Below, piece by piece: positions 1 through 9,404 of a stretch of DNA of 64,000 nt. Both the position numbers and the translations under genes were made by a program. A model generated the notes under the pieces. It had not been told where the DNA came from. It searched no databases and was given only the letters and a program-made list of their open reading frames with translations. The first letter of the stretch is position 1. Each line of letters starts with the position of its first letter. This DNA is from Armatimonadia bacterium (GTDB lineage Bacteria; Armatimonadota; Zipacnadia; Zipacnadales; UBA11051): NCBI GenBank assembly GCA_039683575.1, contig JBDKRC010000010.1, forward strand, positions 1 to 64,000, read 5' to 3'.

Positions 1-57
1 CGGCAGCATGTCGAGCACATATCGCCACTCAGTTCCGATAAGCTCGGTGATTTCCAT
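1..57 (-). CDS. IS4-family transposase, N-terminal fragment (runs off the window)
   Basis: Minus strand from ATG at 57 reads MEITELIGTEWRYVLDMLP, resembling the W-x5-LP N-terminus of IS186/IS231-group transposases; it lies 40 bp inside an IS186-like terminal IR. Confidence 0.6.
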   Translation of the reverse strand, partial: MEITELIGTEWRYVLDMLP

Positions 58-113
58 GCTACAAGTGTAGCCGGAACCGGGATGGACGTAAAGAGCTTAA
101 GTTTACGCGTATG
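1..113 (-). mobile_element. End of an IS4-family (IS231/IS186 group) insertion sequence
   Basis: Minus strand 113-96 reads CATACGCGTAAACTTAAG, close to the IS186 terminus CATAAGCGCTAACTTAAG; it abuts CCCCGTTGGGG. Confidence 0.65.
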
Positions 114-195
114 CCCCGTTGGGGTCAGGGGGAGGAGGGTGGCGCGCGTACCCAGGGTTTCACCCTGGGCTAGAGTCGGTGACCCCGTTGGGGTC
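114..195. repeat. REP-like three-hairpin element
   Basis: (GA)CCCCGTTGGGGTC at 114-126 and 181-195 flank a CCCAGGG-TTTCA-CCCTGGG hairpin. Confidence 0.65.
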
Positions 196-332
196 AAACG
201 GCGGCGGCAAGCCCAGAGGGCCCACTGCAGCCTCAAGCTCAAACGCGGCCCGAGCCCGACAGGAATGTCGGGCGTACACGATGGGTTACAATATGTGGTG
301 GCGGGGCGGAGGGGTGGTCGTGGATGACGGCT

Positions 333-407
333 GCGGGCAGGATGCCCTCGCTCCCGGCGAACGGCGAGATGCGGGCAAGGATGCCCGCGCTCCACACGGC
401 GACGGCC
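333..407. repeat. REP-like doublet
   Basis: Two GCGGGCA(A/G)GGATGCCC(G/T)CGCTCC-type units (333-354, 371-393); a near-identical doublet lies at 31771-31849. Confidence 0.75.
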
Positions 408-1315
408 TAAGAGAGGCGTTTGAGCCGGCAGATGGGGCAGAGGTCGGTGCCGGTGGGGTTGCCGCAGTCGGGGCAGGGATGGTCGGAGCCTCCGGGAGCG
501 GGCTCTTTCATGGCTTTGCGGAGGGTGTTTATGAGTTGGGTCTTGCTCGAGGGGGCGAGTTGTTCGAGTAGTTCGGTCACCTGCTTGAGACGGTGGGAGT
601 GCGGGTCGAACTGCGGACAGGCCTGACTCACCACCGGCAGGCCCACGCATTGCACGTAGGCTTGGCTGGCGCGGTCGGGGATGAGGCTGAGCGGTTTGAT
701 TTTGCGCGGGTGGAAGTCGTCACCGGGCAGGACAGGCTTGGGGGCGTCGAGGCGGCCGGTGAGCAGGCGCTTGAGGATTTGCTGCAGCCAGTCGTCGAGG
801 GTGTGGCCGGTGGCGACCGCGTCTGCTTGCTCGCGCAGGCCCACGCGGTCCATCAGCGCCCGGCGGACGGCTCCGCAGACGGAGCACATCTCGAAGTTCC
901 CCGCAGGTTGGATTTGCACCCCGTAGTCGGCGACGCGCTCCACGATGAGCGGCACCCCAAGTTGTCCGGTTAGCTCCTCAACCACGGCGAGGCTGTGGTC
1001 GCTGTATTCCCCCAACCCCATGTCTATGTGCATTGCGGTGACGCGTATGTTGAGGCGCCAGCGCTCCTGCCAGAGAGTGTGCAGGACGGCGGCGGAGTCT
1101 TTGCCGCCGGAGAGGGCGACGGCGATGAGGTCGCCCCTGCGAAGCATTTCGAACTTGCGCATGGTGGCGCAGACGCGGCGGCGGAAGAAGGCGGGGTAGC
1201 AGGCAGGGCAGACGGCCTTGCCGAACTCGGTGAAGCGGAAGAGGTCCGCAGTGGCGCCGCAGCGGCAGCAGGAGCCGTCATGGAAGGTGAGTTTGGGTTC
1301 GTGTGTCTGGTCCAT
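407..1315 (-). CDS. TtuA/TtcA-family tRNA thiolation protein (PP-loop ATPase)
   Basis: SGGKDS PP-loop, CSVC, TGHTLDD, N- and C-terminal CxxC zinc-finger pairs; start taken at MDQTHE. Confidence 0.85.
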   Translation of the reverse strand: MDQTHEPKLTFHDGSCCRCGATADLFRFTEFGKAVCPACYPAFFRRRVCATMRKFEMLRRGDLIAVALSGGKDSAAVLHTLWQERWRLNIRVTAMHIDMGLGEYSDHSLAVVEELTGQLGVPLIVERVADYGVQIQPAGNFEMCSVCGAVRRALMDRVGLREQADAVATGHTLDDWLQQILKRLLTGRLDAPKPVLPGDDFHPRKIKPLSLIPDRASQAYVQCVGLPVVSQACPQFDPHSHRLKQVTELLEQLAPSSKTQLINTLRKAMKEPAPGGSDHPCPDCGNPTGTDLCPICRLKRLS

Positions 1316-1434
1316 AGTGAAGGGGCGTTCAATGACGCTGGCGAAATGTCTGTCGTAGAGGGCGGGCTCTGGAGAGCCCTCCCACAACGGCTATCGAACT
1401 CACTTTGGTAACACGATATACGGGGAGTGAAGAG

Positions 1435-4400
1435 ATGTCAAAAGCCTTGCTGGCGCTGCTGGTTGCTCTTGTGTGCTCGGTGGCTGTTGCGCAGGCCCCG
1501 ACGAACCTGGTGCAGAACGCGGGGTTTGAGGCGGTGCAGGCGGAGGCGCCGCAGCAGTGGACGTTGACGGGGTCGGCAGCACTGGACAATGCGCAGTTCT
1601 ATAGCGGGGCGATGGGGCTGGTGTTCCGGCATCCGCAGGCCGCGACCTCAACCGCCCGGCAGACGGTGCAGGCCGCGCCGGGCGAGTATCTGGCGTGGGT
1701 GTGGGTGCGGACGGAGAAGGTTGTGGGAACGGGGGCGAGGCTGCGGGTTCTGTCGGGGGAGCGAGTGCTGGTGGAGGCCAACCCGGCCACTGGTGACAAT
1801 GCGTGGCGGCAGGTCATGGTCCCGTTCAAGGTGGAGCAGGCTGGGCCGGTGACGTTTGAGTTGTCCCTGGAGAAGGCGTCGGGGGCCGCCTGGTTCGATG
1901 ATGTGATGATGGGGGCGAAGTCGTCGCTGCTGCTACTTCAGGCTGGGCAGGGCGGGCCGCAGCGGGATAGTGTGGCGCTGGGCAAGCCGTATGAGTTGTC
2001 GCCGCCGCCGAGCTATGAGCTTTGCACCGATCCTGGAGACACGGTGCAGTTGACCGATGGGAAGTATACGCAGGGATACTTCTGGACGCAGAAGTCAACG
2101 GTGGGTTGGTACCTGTACAGCCCGCAGATCGTGGTTGATCTGGGGAAAGTGGAGCCGATTGAGGGGATCATGATCGATGCGCCCGGTGGCGGCACAGCGG
2201 GCGTGATGTTCCCGAAGGAGATTACTTACCTCGTCAGTGATGACAATGTGACCTATCACGAAGTGGCGCGGCTGACGCCCACAGGGCTGAAGCAGGACGG
2301 CAAAGGCTGGTACACGCACAAGTTCCTGGCGGAGGGGCTGAAGACGCGCGGGCGCTATGTGATGATCCAGATCAACAAGGAAGGCAGCACGTTCTTTGCC
2401 GATGAGGTTGAGGTCTACCGGGGCAAGCACGATCCGGCGGCAGTCAAGTTCACCACGCCGGCGCTGAACCGGATGGACATGGCCTTCGCGCAGTACCAGC
2501 TTAAGCCCGAGACGTATACGCGCGGGCATTTTCCCGAGACGCCGCACATCAAGTGGCTGACGCCACTGTCGGGCGGGCCGGTGAAAGCGATTATGCTGGC
2601 CTATAGCGACGACATGCGGGATGTGTGCGAGATTGCGCAGCGGCTGGATCTGGATTATGTGCCGGTGTCGCATTACTCGTACTACCGGCCCGAGCCGCTG
2701 GGAGGTCTGATGCAGGAGCAGATCACGACGGCGCTGCCGCAGAGCCAGGTGATGGTGGTCGGGGGCCTCAGGTGGGAAGCGATGCCGAAGGCGCTGGTGG
2801 AGAAGATCCAGGCACGGGTGCGGGAGGGCATGGGGCTGGTGATCGTGGCGAGTGCCCCCCAGTTCATGCAGCCGGTGGCGCCAATGTGGGCCGAGCAGCC
2901 GCTGGAGGGTGATCAAGGAATACTGGATACGGTGCCAATGGCGGCGATACCGGGGTATGTGAAGCCTCGGAAGGGACACTTCCACCTGGCACAGTATGGC
3001 AAGGGGCGGATTGCGTGGGTGAACCCGACCGAGTTTGGGCGTCCGACGCACTCGATCACGTGTGACTTCACGCTGGCCGATCTGGATGAGGATGCCAATA
3101 CGCCACTGGAGTACTCGTATGTGTGGCTGAGCAAGCTGGTGCTGTGGGCGGCGCAGCGGGATCTGCCGAAGGTGAAGTTAGAGCAGACGGCAGACAAGGT
3201 GGTTGTGACGGTACCGGCGATGGCGGGCGGAGGGAGCGTAAGCGTGCTGGGGCGGAATGCGGAGTTTGATGCCAAATACTTCATCTCTGGTGGATGGCTG
3301 ATGACAGCGCAGGTGCCGCCGGAGGGGCTGGTGCGAGAACTGCCGCTGCCGAAGGGGGAGAACGGGCCGCAGTACCTTGATGTGACGGTGCGCGATGCCA
3401 GGGGCGGAATCGTGGATGTGGCGTCGGTCATGTACAAGCTGGATATGGGGACGAGGGTTGATTCGATCGCGCTGAATAAGCCGGTGTATGCGCCGGGAGA
3501 GGCTGTGGAAGCGAGCGTGAAGGTGAGTGGGGAACTCGCGGGGACGAGCTTGCAGGCGCGGCTGGTGGATACGCTGGGGCGGGAGATTGCGGAGCCGGTC
3601 ACCGTGGCGGTGACAGGGGAGGAAGTGGCGGTGAAGCTGACGCCGGGGCGGCCGCTGACGCTTTGCGCGAACCTCAAGGTGCTGCTGCTGCGTGATAACA
3701 GGATCATCGAACGGCGACTGGAGCGGGTGTGGCTGGACCGGCCTGAGGACGATGACTATACGTTCATGGCGTGGTACTCATGGGAGACCCAGCCGGATGC
3801 TTTCTATGCCGACAAGCTGCTGCGGACGTTCGGGCTGGATGGCTATGTATCGCTGCCGGGGAAGTGGCGGGCGGAGAATGCGGCGTATGGCAACCTGCGT
3901 CACGGGCCTGAGAATGTGTCGCGGGTCTTCCCTGAAAACAAGGACGAGAGCCGGGTGCGGGTGCCGTGTCTGACCGATCCGGCTTACCGGGCCAAGACGG
4001 CGGAGCGGATTGAGAAGATGGCGGCGGAGGTGCGGCCGTATGGGGTGACAGAGTGGTCGCTGGGGGATGAGTCGACGCTGGGGCGGCGGGACTACTGCAC
4101 GTCGCCGACTTGTCTGGCGGCTTTCCGTGACTATTTGACCCGGCAGTACCAGACGCTGGCGGCGCTGAACGCGAGTTGGGGCACCAACTTCGGGTCGTGG
4201 GAAGAGGTCGTGCCGGCGACGCTGGCCGAGGTGGAGAAGAAGCCGAACCTCGGAGCGTGGCTGGACCACCGGCGGTACATGGAGTGGCTGTTCACCGAGT
4301 ACCACGACTGGTGCAAGGGCTTGATCGTGAAGCACATCCCGGCGGCGCGGGTGGGAATTTCGGGGACGCCGGGGGTGAACTCGTATAGCGGGCATGACTG

Positions 4401-6015
4401 GTGGCAACTCATGCAGGGGCCGCTGACGCACCTGTCGTCATACGGCGGCGTCCAGCGGGAGATGCAGCGGTCGTTTGCGCGGCCGGGGACTTTCGTGTCG
4501 GCCTTCCTGGGCTATGACTACAAGGACACGGATGAGCAGCGGGCGCGGTACGGGCCGTGGGACCTGGTGTTCCATGGCAGCAACGGCGTGAACTACTATA
4601 CGCTGATGTCGAACACGCTGAACTGCCCGCTGATCAGGCCGGACATGAGCATGACGGACAAGGCGAAGTGGACGTTCGATGAGATCAAAGAGCTCAAGGA
4701 CGGCATGGGCAGACAGTTCATGGCGGCGAAGTACGCCGATGACGGCATTGCGGTGCATTACAGCCCGGCGAGCGTCCACGCCGCGACGGCGATGGGGCTG
4801 TTTGACAACCGGGACCGGCTGCGGCGGTATGACAACAACCTGAGCAACCTGGATAACATCCTGAAGCAGCTTCACCTGCAGTATGACTTCATCCACGAGG
4901 ACCAGATGGCGCGTGGGGACCTAGCCAACTATCGGGTTCTGATTCTCCCGTGGTCGTCGGCGGTCAGCCCGCGCGAGGCGGAGGCGATCCGGAAGTTCGT
5001 GCAGGCGGGCGGCACGGTGATTGCCGACTCGTACTGCGGCGTGCGGGATGGGCATGGGGCGCCGACGGCGATGCTGGAGGACGTCTTCGGCCTCAAGCAG
5101 ACGCTGACCGCGCCGGAGCTACAGGCGAAAGAACTGACGCTGCAGGGCACTGAGGTGCCGAACGCGCCGAGGACGGTGCTGGTCGCTTCGGGTAGTCCCG
5201 AGTTGCAGTTGACGACCGGCAAGGCGCTGGGGAAGATCGGCGAGATGCCGGCGGTGATCGTGAACCAGGTGGGGAAGGGCACGGCGATCTTCCTGAACTG
5301 CAGCTTCTCGAACTATGGCGAGACGTCGCTGGGCGGCGTGGGTGGCGAGGTGGTGGAGGAAGAGCAGGCGGCAGAAGCGGTCACGGTGCCCATCAGGCGG
5401 CTCATGAGTGCGCTGCTAGCCGGGCAGGGCGTGGGCGCACCGGTGACGGCGGCAGCGGCGGGCGACGGGGCGGCGCAGCTTGAGGTGTCGCGGCTGGCGC
5501 TGGGACAGGGGATGTTGGTGGGGGTGGTGCGGGACATCACGGAGGGAGCGGTGGACGAGAAGGACGCGCTGGCGGCGACGCTGACGCTGAGCAAGGCGGC
5601 GCATGTGTATGAGGCGCGGAGTGGGAAGTACATGGGGCAGGTGAAGGAGATCAAGGACAGCTTCCTGCGGGGTGTGGCGAAGGTGTATGCGGTGCTGCCA
5701 TACCGCGTGACGGGGCTGAAGGTCACGGCGCCGAAGACGGCGGTAGCGGGGGAGACGGTTTCGCTGCCAGTGGTGCTAACGGCTGAAGGGCAGGCCAAGT
5801 TCGTGCCGCATGTGCTGCGTGTGACGGTGGTGGGGCCGGAGCCGAATGGTAAGCCACGTGACCACTATGCGCAGAATGTGATCACAAGCGACGGCAAAGC
5901 GACCATCAGTGTGCCACTGGCGTACAACGATCCGGAGGGGTTCTGGAACGTGCGGATTGAGGACGTGCTGACTGGGACGAAGGCCGATTGTCTGGTGAAG
6001 GTTGCGGGGCGGTAG
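1435..6015 (+). CDS. Secreted multidomain glycoside hydrolase-like protein (CBM4/9-like, F5/8-like, GH42-like catalytic and trimerisation domains)
   Basis: Signal peptide MSKALLALLVALVCSVAVAQA; NLVQNAGFE CBM-like start; FRDYLTRQYQTLAALNASWGTNF GH42-like motif; YRVLILP...IRKFVQAGGTVIAD trimerisation-like motif. Confidence 0.75.
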   Translation: MSKALLALLVALVCSVAVAQAPTNLVQNAGFEAVQAEAPQQWTLTGSAALDNAQFYSGAMGLVFRHPQAATSTARQTVQAAPGEYLAWVWVRTEKVVGTGARLRVLSGERVLVEANPATGDNAWRQVMVPFKVEQAGPVTFELSLEKASGAAWFDDVMMGAKSSLLLLQAGQGGPQRDSVALGKPYELSPPPSYELCTDPGDTVQLTDGKYTQGYFWTQKSTVGWYLYSPQIVVDLGKVEPIEGIMIDAPGGGTAGVMFPKEITYLVSDDNVTYHEVARLTPTGLKQDGKGWYTHKFLAEGLKTRGRYVMIQINKEGSTFFADEVEVYRGKHDPAAVKFTTPALNRMDMAFAQYQLKPETYTRGHFPETPHIKWLTPLSGGPVKAIMLAYSDDMRDVCEIAQRLDLDYVPVSHYSYYRPEPLGGLMQEQITTALPQSQVMVVGGLRWEAMPKALVEKIQARVREGMGLVIVASAPQFMQPVAPMWAEQPLEGDQGILDTVPMAAIPGYVKPRKGHFHLAQYGKGRIAWVNPTEFGRPTHSITCDFTLADLDEDANTPLEYSYVWLSKLVLWAAQRDLPKVKLEQTADKVVVTVPAMAGGGSVSVLGRNAEFDAKYFISGGWLMTAQVPPEGLVRELPLPKGENGPQYLDVTVRDARGGIVDVASVMYKLDMGTRVDSIALNKPVYAPGEAVEASVKVSGELAGTSLQARLVDTLGREIAEPVTVAVTGEEVAVKLTPGRPLTLCANLKVLLLRDNRIIERRLERVWLDRPEDDDYTFMAWYSWETQPDAFYADKLLRTFGLDGYVSLPGKWRAENAAYGNLRHGPENVSRVFPENKDESRVRVPCLTDPAYRAKTAERIEKMAAEVRPYGVTEWSLGDESTLGRRDYCTSPTCLAAFRDYLTRQYQTLAALNASWGTNFGSWEEVVPATLAEVEKKPNLGAWLDHRRYMEWLFTEYHDWCKGLIVKHIPAARVGISGTPGVNSYSGHDWWQLMQGPLTHLSSYGGVQREMQRSFARPGTFVSAFLGYDYKDTDEQRARYGPWDLVFHGSNGVNYYTLMSNTLNCPLIRPDMSMTDKAKWTFDEIKELKDGMGRQFMAAKYADDGIAVHYSPASVHAATAMGLFDNRDRLRRYDNNLSNLDNILKQLHLQYDFIHEDQMARGDLANYRVLILPWSSAVSPREAEAIRKFVQAGGTVIADSYCGVRDGHGAPTAMLEDVFGLKQTLTAPELQAKELTLQGTEVPNAPRTVLVASGSPELQLTTGKALGKIGEMPAVIVNQVGKGTAIFLNCSFSNYGETSLGGVGGEVVEEEQAAEAVTVPIRRLMSALLAGQGVGAPVTAAAAGDGAAQLEVSRLALGQGMLVGVVRDITEGAVDEKDALAATLTLSKAAHVYEARSGKYMGQVKEIKDSFLRGVAKVYAVLPYRVTGLKVTAPKTAVAGETVSLPVVLTAEGQAKFVPHVLRVTVVGPEPNGKPRDHYAQNVITSDGKATISVPLAYNDPEGFWNVRIEDVLTGTKADCLVKVAGR

Positions 6016-6039
6016 CTTACCTGGCTACGGAGGGCACCA

Positions 6040-6140
6040 GGGAGCGGGCGGACCACGGTCCGCCCCTACGTGGGGTGGGGTGCCCGCACTACGCGTGGTC
6101 GGTGATAACGGCGGGCCGGCTGAAGCTCGGCCCCTCCGAA
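6040..6140. repeat. Cluster of short GC palindromes (REP-like) between convergent genes
   Basis: GGGCGGACC-AC-GGTCCGCCCCTAC and GGGCCGGC-TGAA-GCTCGGCCC hairpins. Confidence 0.5.
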
Positions 6141-6154
6141 GGCTAACGTGCGCG

Positions 6155-7327
6155 CTAGTTGTATAGCAGGCTGGCGCGTTCGATGGCTTGCTTGCCGAAG
6201 CGGCCGATGATGTCGTCGCGGGCGCGGCTTAGCTTGCGGTAGCGCTGCTGGCCATCGGCCTCGAAGAGCGACAACTGCGATACTGCTCGCTCCTGCAGCA
6301 GGTTTGAGGCCGCTACTCCGATCAGCCGGACCTTGCGCGCTCCAAATTGATATTTGCGCAGCAGCCGGTCAGCCTCCTGGAACACCGAGTACTCGGTATC
6401 GGTGGCATAGTTGAGCGTTACCGAGCGCGTGTGGGTTTCGAAGTCCTCCAGGCGGATCTTCAGAGTTACCGTGCGGGTCTGATACCCCTCACGCCGCAGC
6501 CGCCGGGCCAGGTCGTCGCAGAGCTTGAGCAGGTGCAGACTGAGGAGTTCGATATCGCGCGTGTCCCGCGCCAGGGTCGTTTCCTCGCTCATCTGCTTGA
6601 ACTCGCGCTTGCCATCGTACAGCGGCACCGGGGAGTTGTCCTGCCCCAGGGAAGCGAAGTGCAGGTGGCGTCCCATGACGCCGAATTCCTTTTCGAGCAG
6701 GACCAGGGGGATGCGTTGGAGTTGGCCCACGAGGCTTACGCCCATCTGCCCCAGGCGGCGGGCGGTGACGGGGCCGAGGCCCCATAGTTTGTCTACCGTC
6801 AGCGGGGAGAGGATGTCCGGCAACTGGTCGGGCGTGACCAGCGTCAGGCCCCGGGGCTTGTGCCAGTCCGAGGCCATCTTGGCGATCAGCCGGTTGGGCC
6901 CAATACCGATGGAGACGCTCAGGCCCAGTTCGCGCGCGATGCGATCCTGCAATTCCTGCGCGATTTTCACCGGCGGGCCGAAGAGCTTCTGGCTGCCGGT
7001 GATGTCCAGGCAGGCTTCGTCAATGGAGATGGGATCAAGGCGGGGAGTGTACTCCTGGTAGATATGAAAAGCCCGGCGCGAGAACTCGGCGCAGGCCGCG
7101 CCATTGACCGGTACGTAGATACCTTTGGGGCAAAGCTGGCGGGCCTTCCACAGTGGCATGGCGGAGTGGACGCCGTACTTGCGGGCCTCATAGGAGGCGG
7201 CGGAGACGACGCCACGGGCCTCGGGGCCGCCGACGATCAGGGGCTTGCCGACGTACTCGGGGTGCAAAACCTGCTCCACCGAGGCGAAGAAGGCATCCAT
7301 ATCGGCATGTAAGATGACGCGTTCCAT
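6155..7327 (-). CDS. dinB: DNA polymerase IV (Y family)
   Basis: ILHADMDAFFASVE, SAASYEARKYGVHSAMP and SIDEA motifs; little-finger C-terminus. Confidence 0.95.
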   Translation of the reverse strand: MERVILHADMDAFFASVEQVLHPEYVGKPLIVGGPEARGVVSAASYEARKYGVHSAMPLWKARQLCPKGIYVPVNGAACAEFSRRAFHIYQEYTPRLDPISIDEACLDITGSQKLFGPPVKIAQELQDRIARELGLSVSIGIGPNRLIAKMASDWHKPRGLTLVTPDQLPDILSPLTVDKLWGLGPVTARRLGQMGVSLVGQLQRIPLVLLEKEFGVMGRHLHFASLGQDNSPVPLYDGKREFKQMSEETTLARDTRDIELLSLHLLKLCDDLARRLRREGYQTRTVTLKIRLEDFETHTRSVTLNYATDTEYSVFQEADRLLRKYQFGARKVRLIGVAASNLLQERAVSQLSLFEADGQQRYRKLSRARDDIIGRFGKQAIERASLLYN

Positions 7328-7370
7328 TTCTCGCTCTCCCAACGAGCGGCCGAACAGGCCGGGGACTTCT

Positions 7371-7384
7371 CGAACGTGTGTTCG
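7371..7384. promoter_or_regulatory. LexA (SOS) box, GAAC-N4-GTTC type
   Basis: CGAACGTGTGTTCG immediately downstream of the dinB -10 element. Confidence 0.85.
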
Positions 7385-7387
7385 AAA

Positions 7388-7416
7388 AGTATGGCATTTG
7401 CCGGTGCGGCTGTCAA
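7388..7416 (-). promoter_or_regulatory. Sigma70-type promoter of dinB
   Basis: Minus strand TTGACA-17 bp-CATACT. Confidence 0.75.
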
Positions 7417-7475
7417 GGAAAATGTGGCGGGTAGGGGGATGATCTGTCGCTGCTCAACCTCATTAAGGAACCGAC

Positions 7476-8909
7476 ATGGCGCTCGACATACTCCTGGTCA
7501 ACCCCAACCGCATGAAGCCCGCCGTGGCGCCGCTGGCGCTGGAGTACCTCGGCGATGCGCTGGAGCGCGCAGGTCTGACTTTCGCGCTTTGTGACCTGTG
7601 TTTCGCCCCAGACCCACAGACGGCGCTGGCAGCGGCTCTGGAGGAGCATTCGCCGCGGCTGATCGCCATGACCCTGCGCAACTCCGACGACTGCTACTGC
7701 GCCACCCACCACTCCTTCGTGCCGTACTACGCGAGCCTGGTGGAGACCATGCGGTCGCACTCCGAGGCGCCGGTAGTGCTGGGCGGTGCGGGCTACTCAA
7801 CGGCGCCAGTGGGCATGCTGCGGCGGATTGGGGCGGACTACGGCCTCGTGGGCGATGGGGAAGAGGCACTGGTGGAGTTGACGCGGGCGGTGTCCGCGCA
7901 GGCACCCGTGGAGGGCCTTAGCGGCCTGGTCTGGAGCGAGGGCGGCCAGTGGCGCCGGAACCCACCGGCATGGCGGGAGTTCGGCCAGGAGCCCCTCACG
8001 CGCTCGCATTGCGACACGGGGCGCTACTTCCGTGAGGGCGGGCAGGCCGGGCTGGAGACCAAGCGCGGCTGTCCGGGAGGATGTGTCTACTGCGCCGATC
8101 CCCTGAGTAAGGGGGCGCGGCTGCGGCTGCGACCGGTTGAGGCAATCGTGGGCGAAGTGCGGAACCTGCTGGCGCAGGGCGCGAACGCGCTGCATCTGTG
8201 TGACAGCGAGTTCAACCTATCCTACGAGCACGCGCGGGCGGTGTGTGAGGGCCTGATTGCGGCGGGACTGGGCGAGCGAGTGCGCTGGTGGGGGTACCTC
8301 GCGCCGGCGCCATTTGATGGCGAATTACTGGATCTGATGGTACGCAGTGGGTGTGCGGGCATTGACTTCGGGGCCGACAGCGGTGACCCGCAGATGCTGC
8401 AGCGGCTGGGGCGGCAGTATACGGTCGAGGACCTGCGCGAGACGGCGCGACTGTGCCGTTCGCGGAACCTGCCCTTCATGTACGACCTGCTGCTCGGAGG
8501 GCCCGGGGAGACGCTGCAGTCGGTGAAGAGAACGGTAGACCTGATGAAGGAGATACGGCCGACATGCGTGGGAGTGGCGCTGGGAATGCGGCTGTACCGG
8601 GGCAGCCCGGCGGCGGAGGCGGTTGTAGGTGACCTGGACGGCTGCCGGACGCACCTGCGGGGGCAGCTCGCGGACAACAGCGACCTGACGCTGCCGGTCT
8701 TCTACCTGCAGGAGGAGATTGCCTCGGACGGGGTCCGGCTGCTTCGTGACCTCATCGCGGACGATCAGCGGTTCTTCTTTGGCTGGCCGGATGAAGCACA
8801 GGCTGATTACAACTACGACGACAACCCGGTGCTGGTCGAGGCGATTGCCGCCGGTGAGCGGGGAGCGTACTGGGATATGCTGCGGCGGAGACTGGGGCTG
8901 GAAGCCTGA
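7476..8909 (+). CDS. B12-binding domain radical SAM protein
   Basis: N-terminal cobalamin-binding fold (LLVNP...PLALEYL); RGCPGGCVYC CxxxCxxC motif. Confidence 0.9.
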   Translation: MALDILLVNPNRMKPAVAPLALEYLGDALERAGLTFALCDLCFAPDPQTALAAALEEHSPRLIAMTLRNSDDCYCATHHSFVPYYASLVETMRSHSEAPVVLGGAGYSTAPVGMLRRIGADYGLVGDGEEALVELTRAVSAQAPVEGLSGLVWSEGGQWRRNPPAWREFGQEPLTRSHCDTGRYFREGGQAGLETKRGCPGGCVYCADPLSKGARLRLRPVEAIVGEVRNLLAQGANALHLCDSEFNLSYEHARAVCEGLIAAGLGERVRWWGYLAPAPFDGELLDLMVRSGCAGIDFGADSGDPQMLQRLGRQYTVEDLRETARLCRSRNLPFMYDLLLGGPGETLQSVKRTVDLMKEIRPTCVGVALGMRLYRGSPAAEAVVGDLDGCRTHLRGQLADNSDLTLPVFYLQEEIASDGVRLLRDLIADDQRFFFGWPDEAQADYNYDDNPVLVEAIAAGERGAYWDMLRRRLGLEA

Positions 8910-9075
8910 CCCGTAGCGTCATACGTATAGGTACGCAGTCAGAATCGCGTACCATTGCGAATTGTCAGCTTACTACTGGCAGTCGTATAAATGATAGCGA
9001 TGAGCGTGAACCGGGGTATTGTGGTGGGGTAGGAGTGCCGGAAGGCTTGGCGAGGCCTGACGGCACTGATAAATT

Positions 9076-9108
9076 GACCCGCCTGAGTTTTCAGGCGGGT
9101 CTTTTTTT
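9076..9108 (+). terminator. Intrinsic terminator
   Basis: GACCCGCCTGA-GTTT-TCAGGCGGGTC followed by T7. Confidence 0.85.
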
Positions 9109-9147
9109 CGTCCGGACTATGGCCTCAAATGGCTGCTGTTGTTTTGC

Positions 9148-9176
9148 TTGACCACCATCGGGTGGAATGATATACT
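9148..9176 (+). promoter_or_regulatory. Sigma70 promoter of tRNA-Pro
   Basis: TTGACC-17 bp-TATACT, 10 bp upstream of the tRNA. Confidence 0.75.
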
Positions 9177-9186
9177 GACTGTCCGT

Positions 9187-9263
9187 CGGGGCGTGGCGCA
9201 GTTTGGTAGCGCGCACGGTTCGGGACCGTGAGGTCGCCAGTTCGAGTCTGGCCGCCCCGACCA
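9187..9263 (+). tRNA. tRNA-Pro (CGG)
   Basis: Cloverleaf; anticodon arm CACGG-TTCGGGA-CCGTG; T-loop TTCGAGT; encoded CCA. Confidence 0.97.
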
Positions 9264-9277
9264 TTCACAGATTTGTC

Positions 9278-9308
9278 AAAAAGTGGCTCCCATGCGGAGC
9301 CTTTTTTT
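9278..9308 (+). terminator. Intrinsic terminator after tRNA-Pro
   Basis: GGCTCC-CATGC-GGAGCC followed by T7. Confidence 0.75.
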
Positions 9309-9404
9309 GTGCCTGGGCACTGGGGAGCGCCTAACGGTCTCTGCGCTCCCGTAGGGGAGGAAGCGCTGCCGGGCGCGGGGAACAGGGGGCGTGAGGTGTT
9401 ACTG

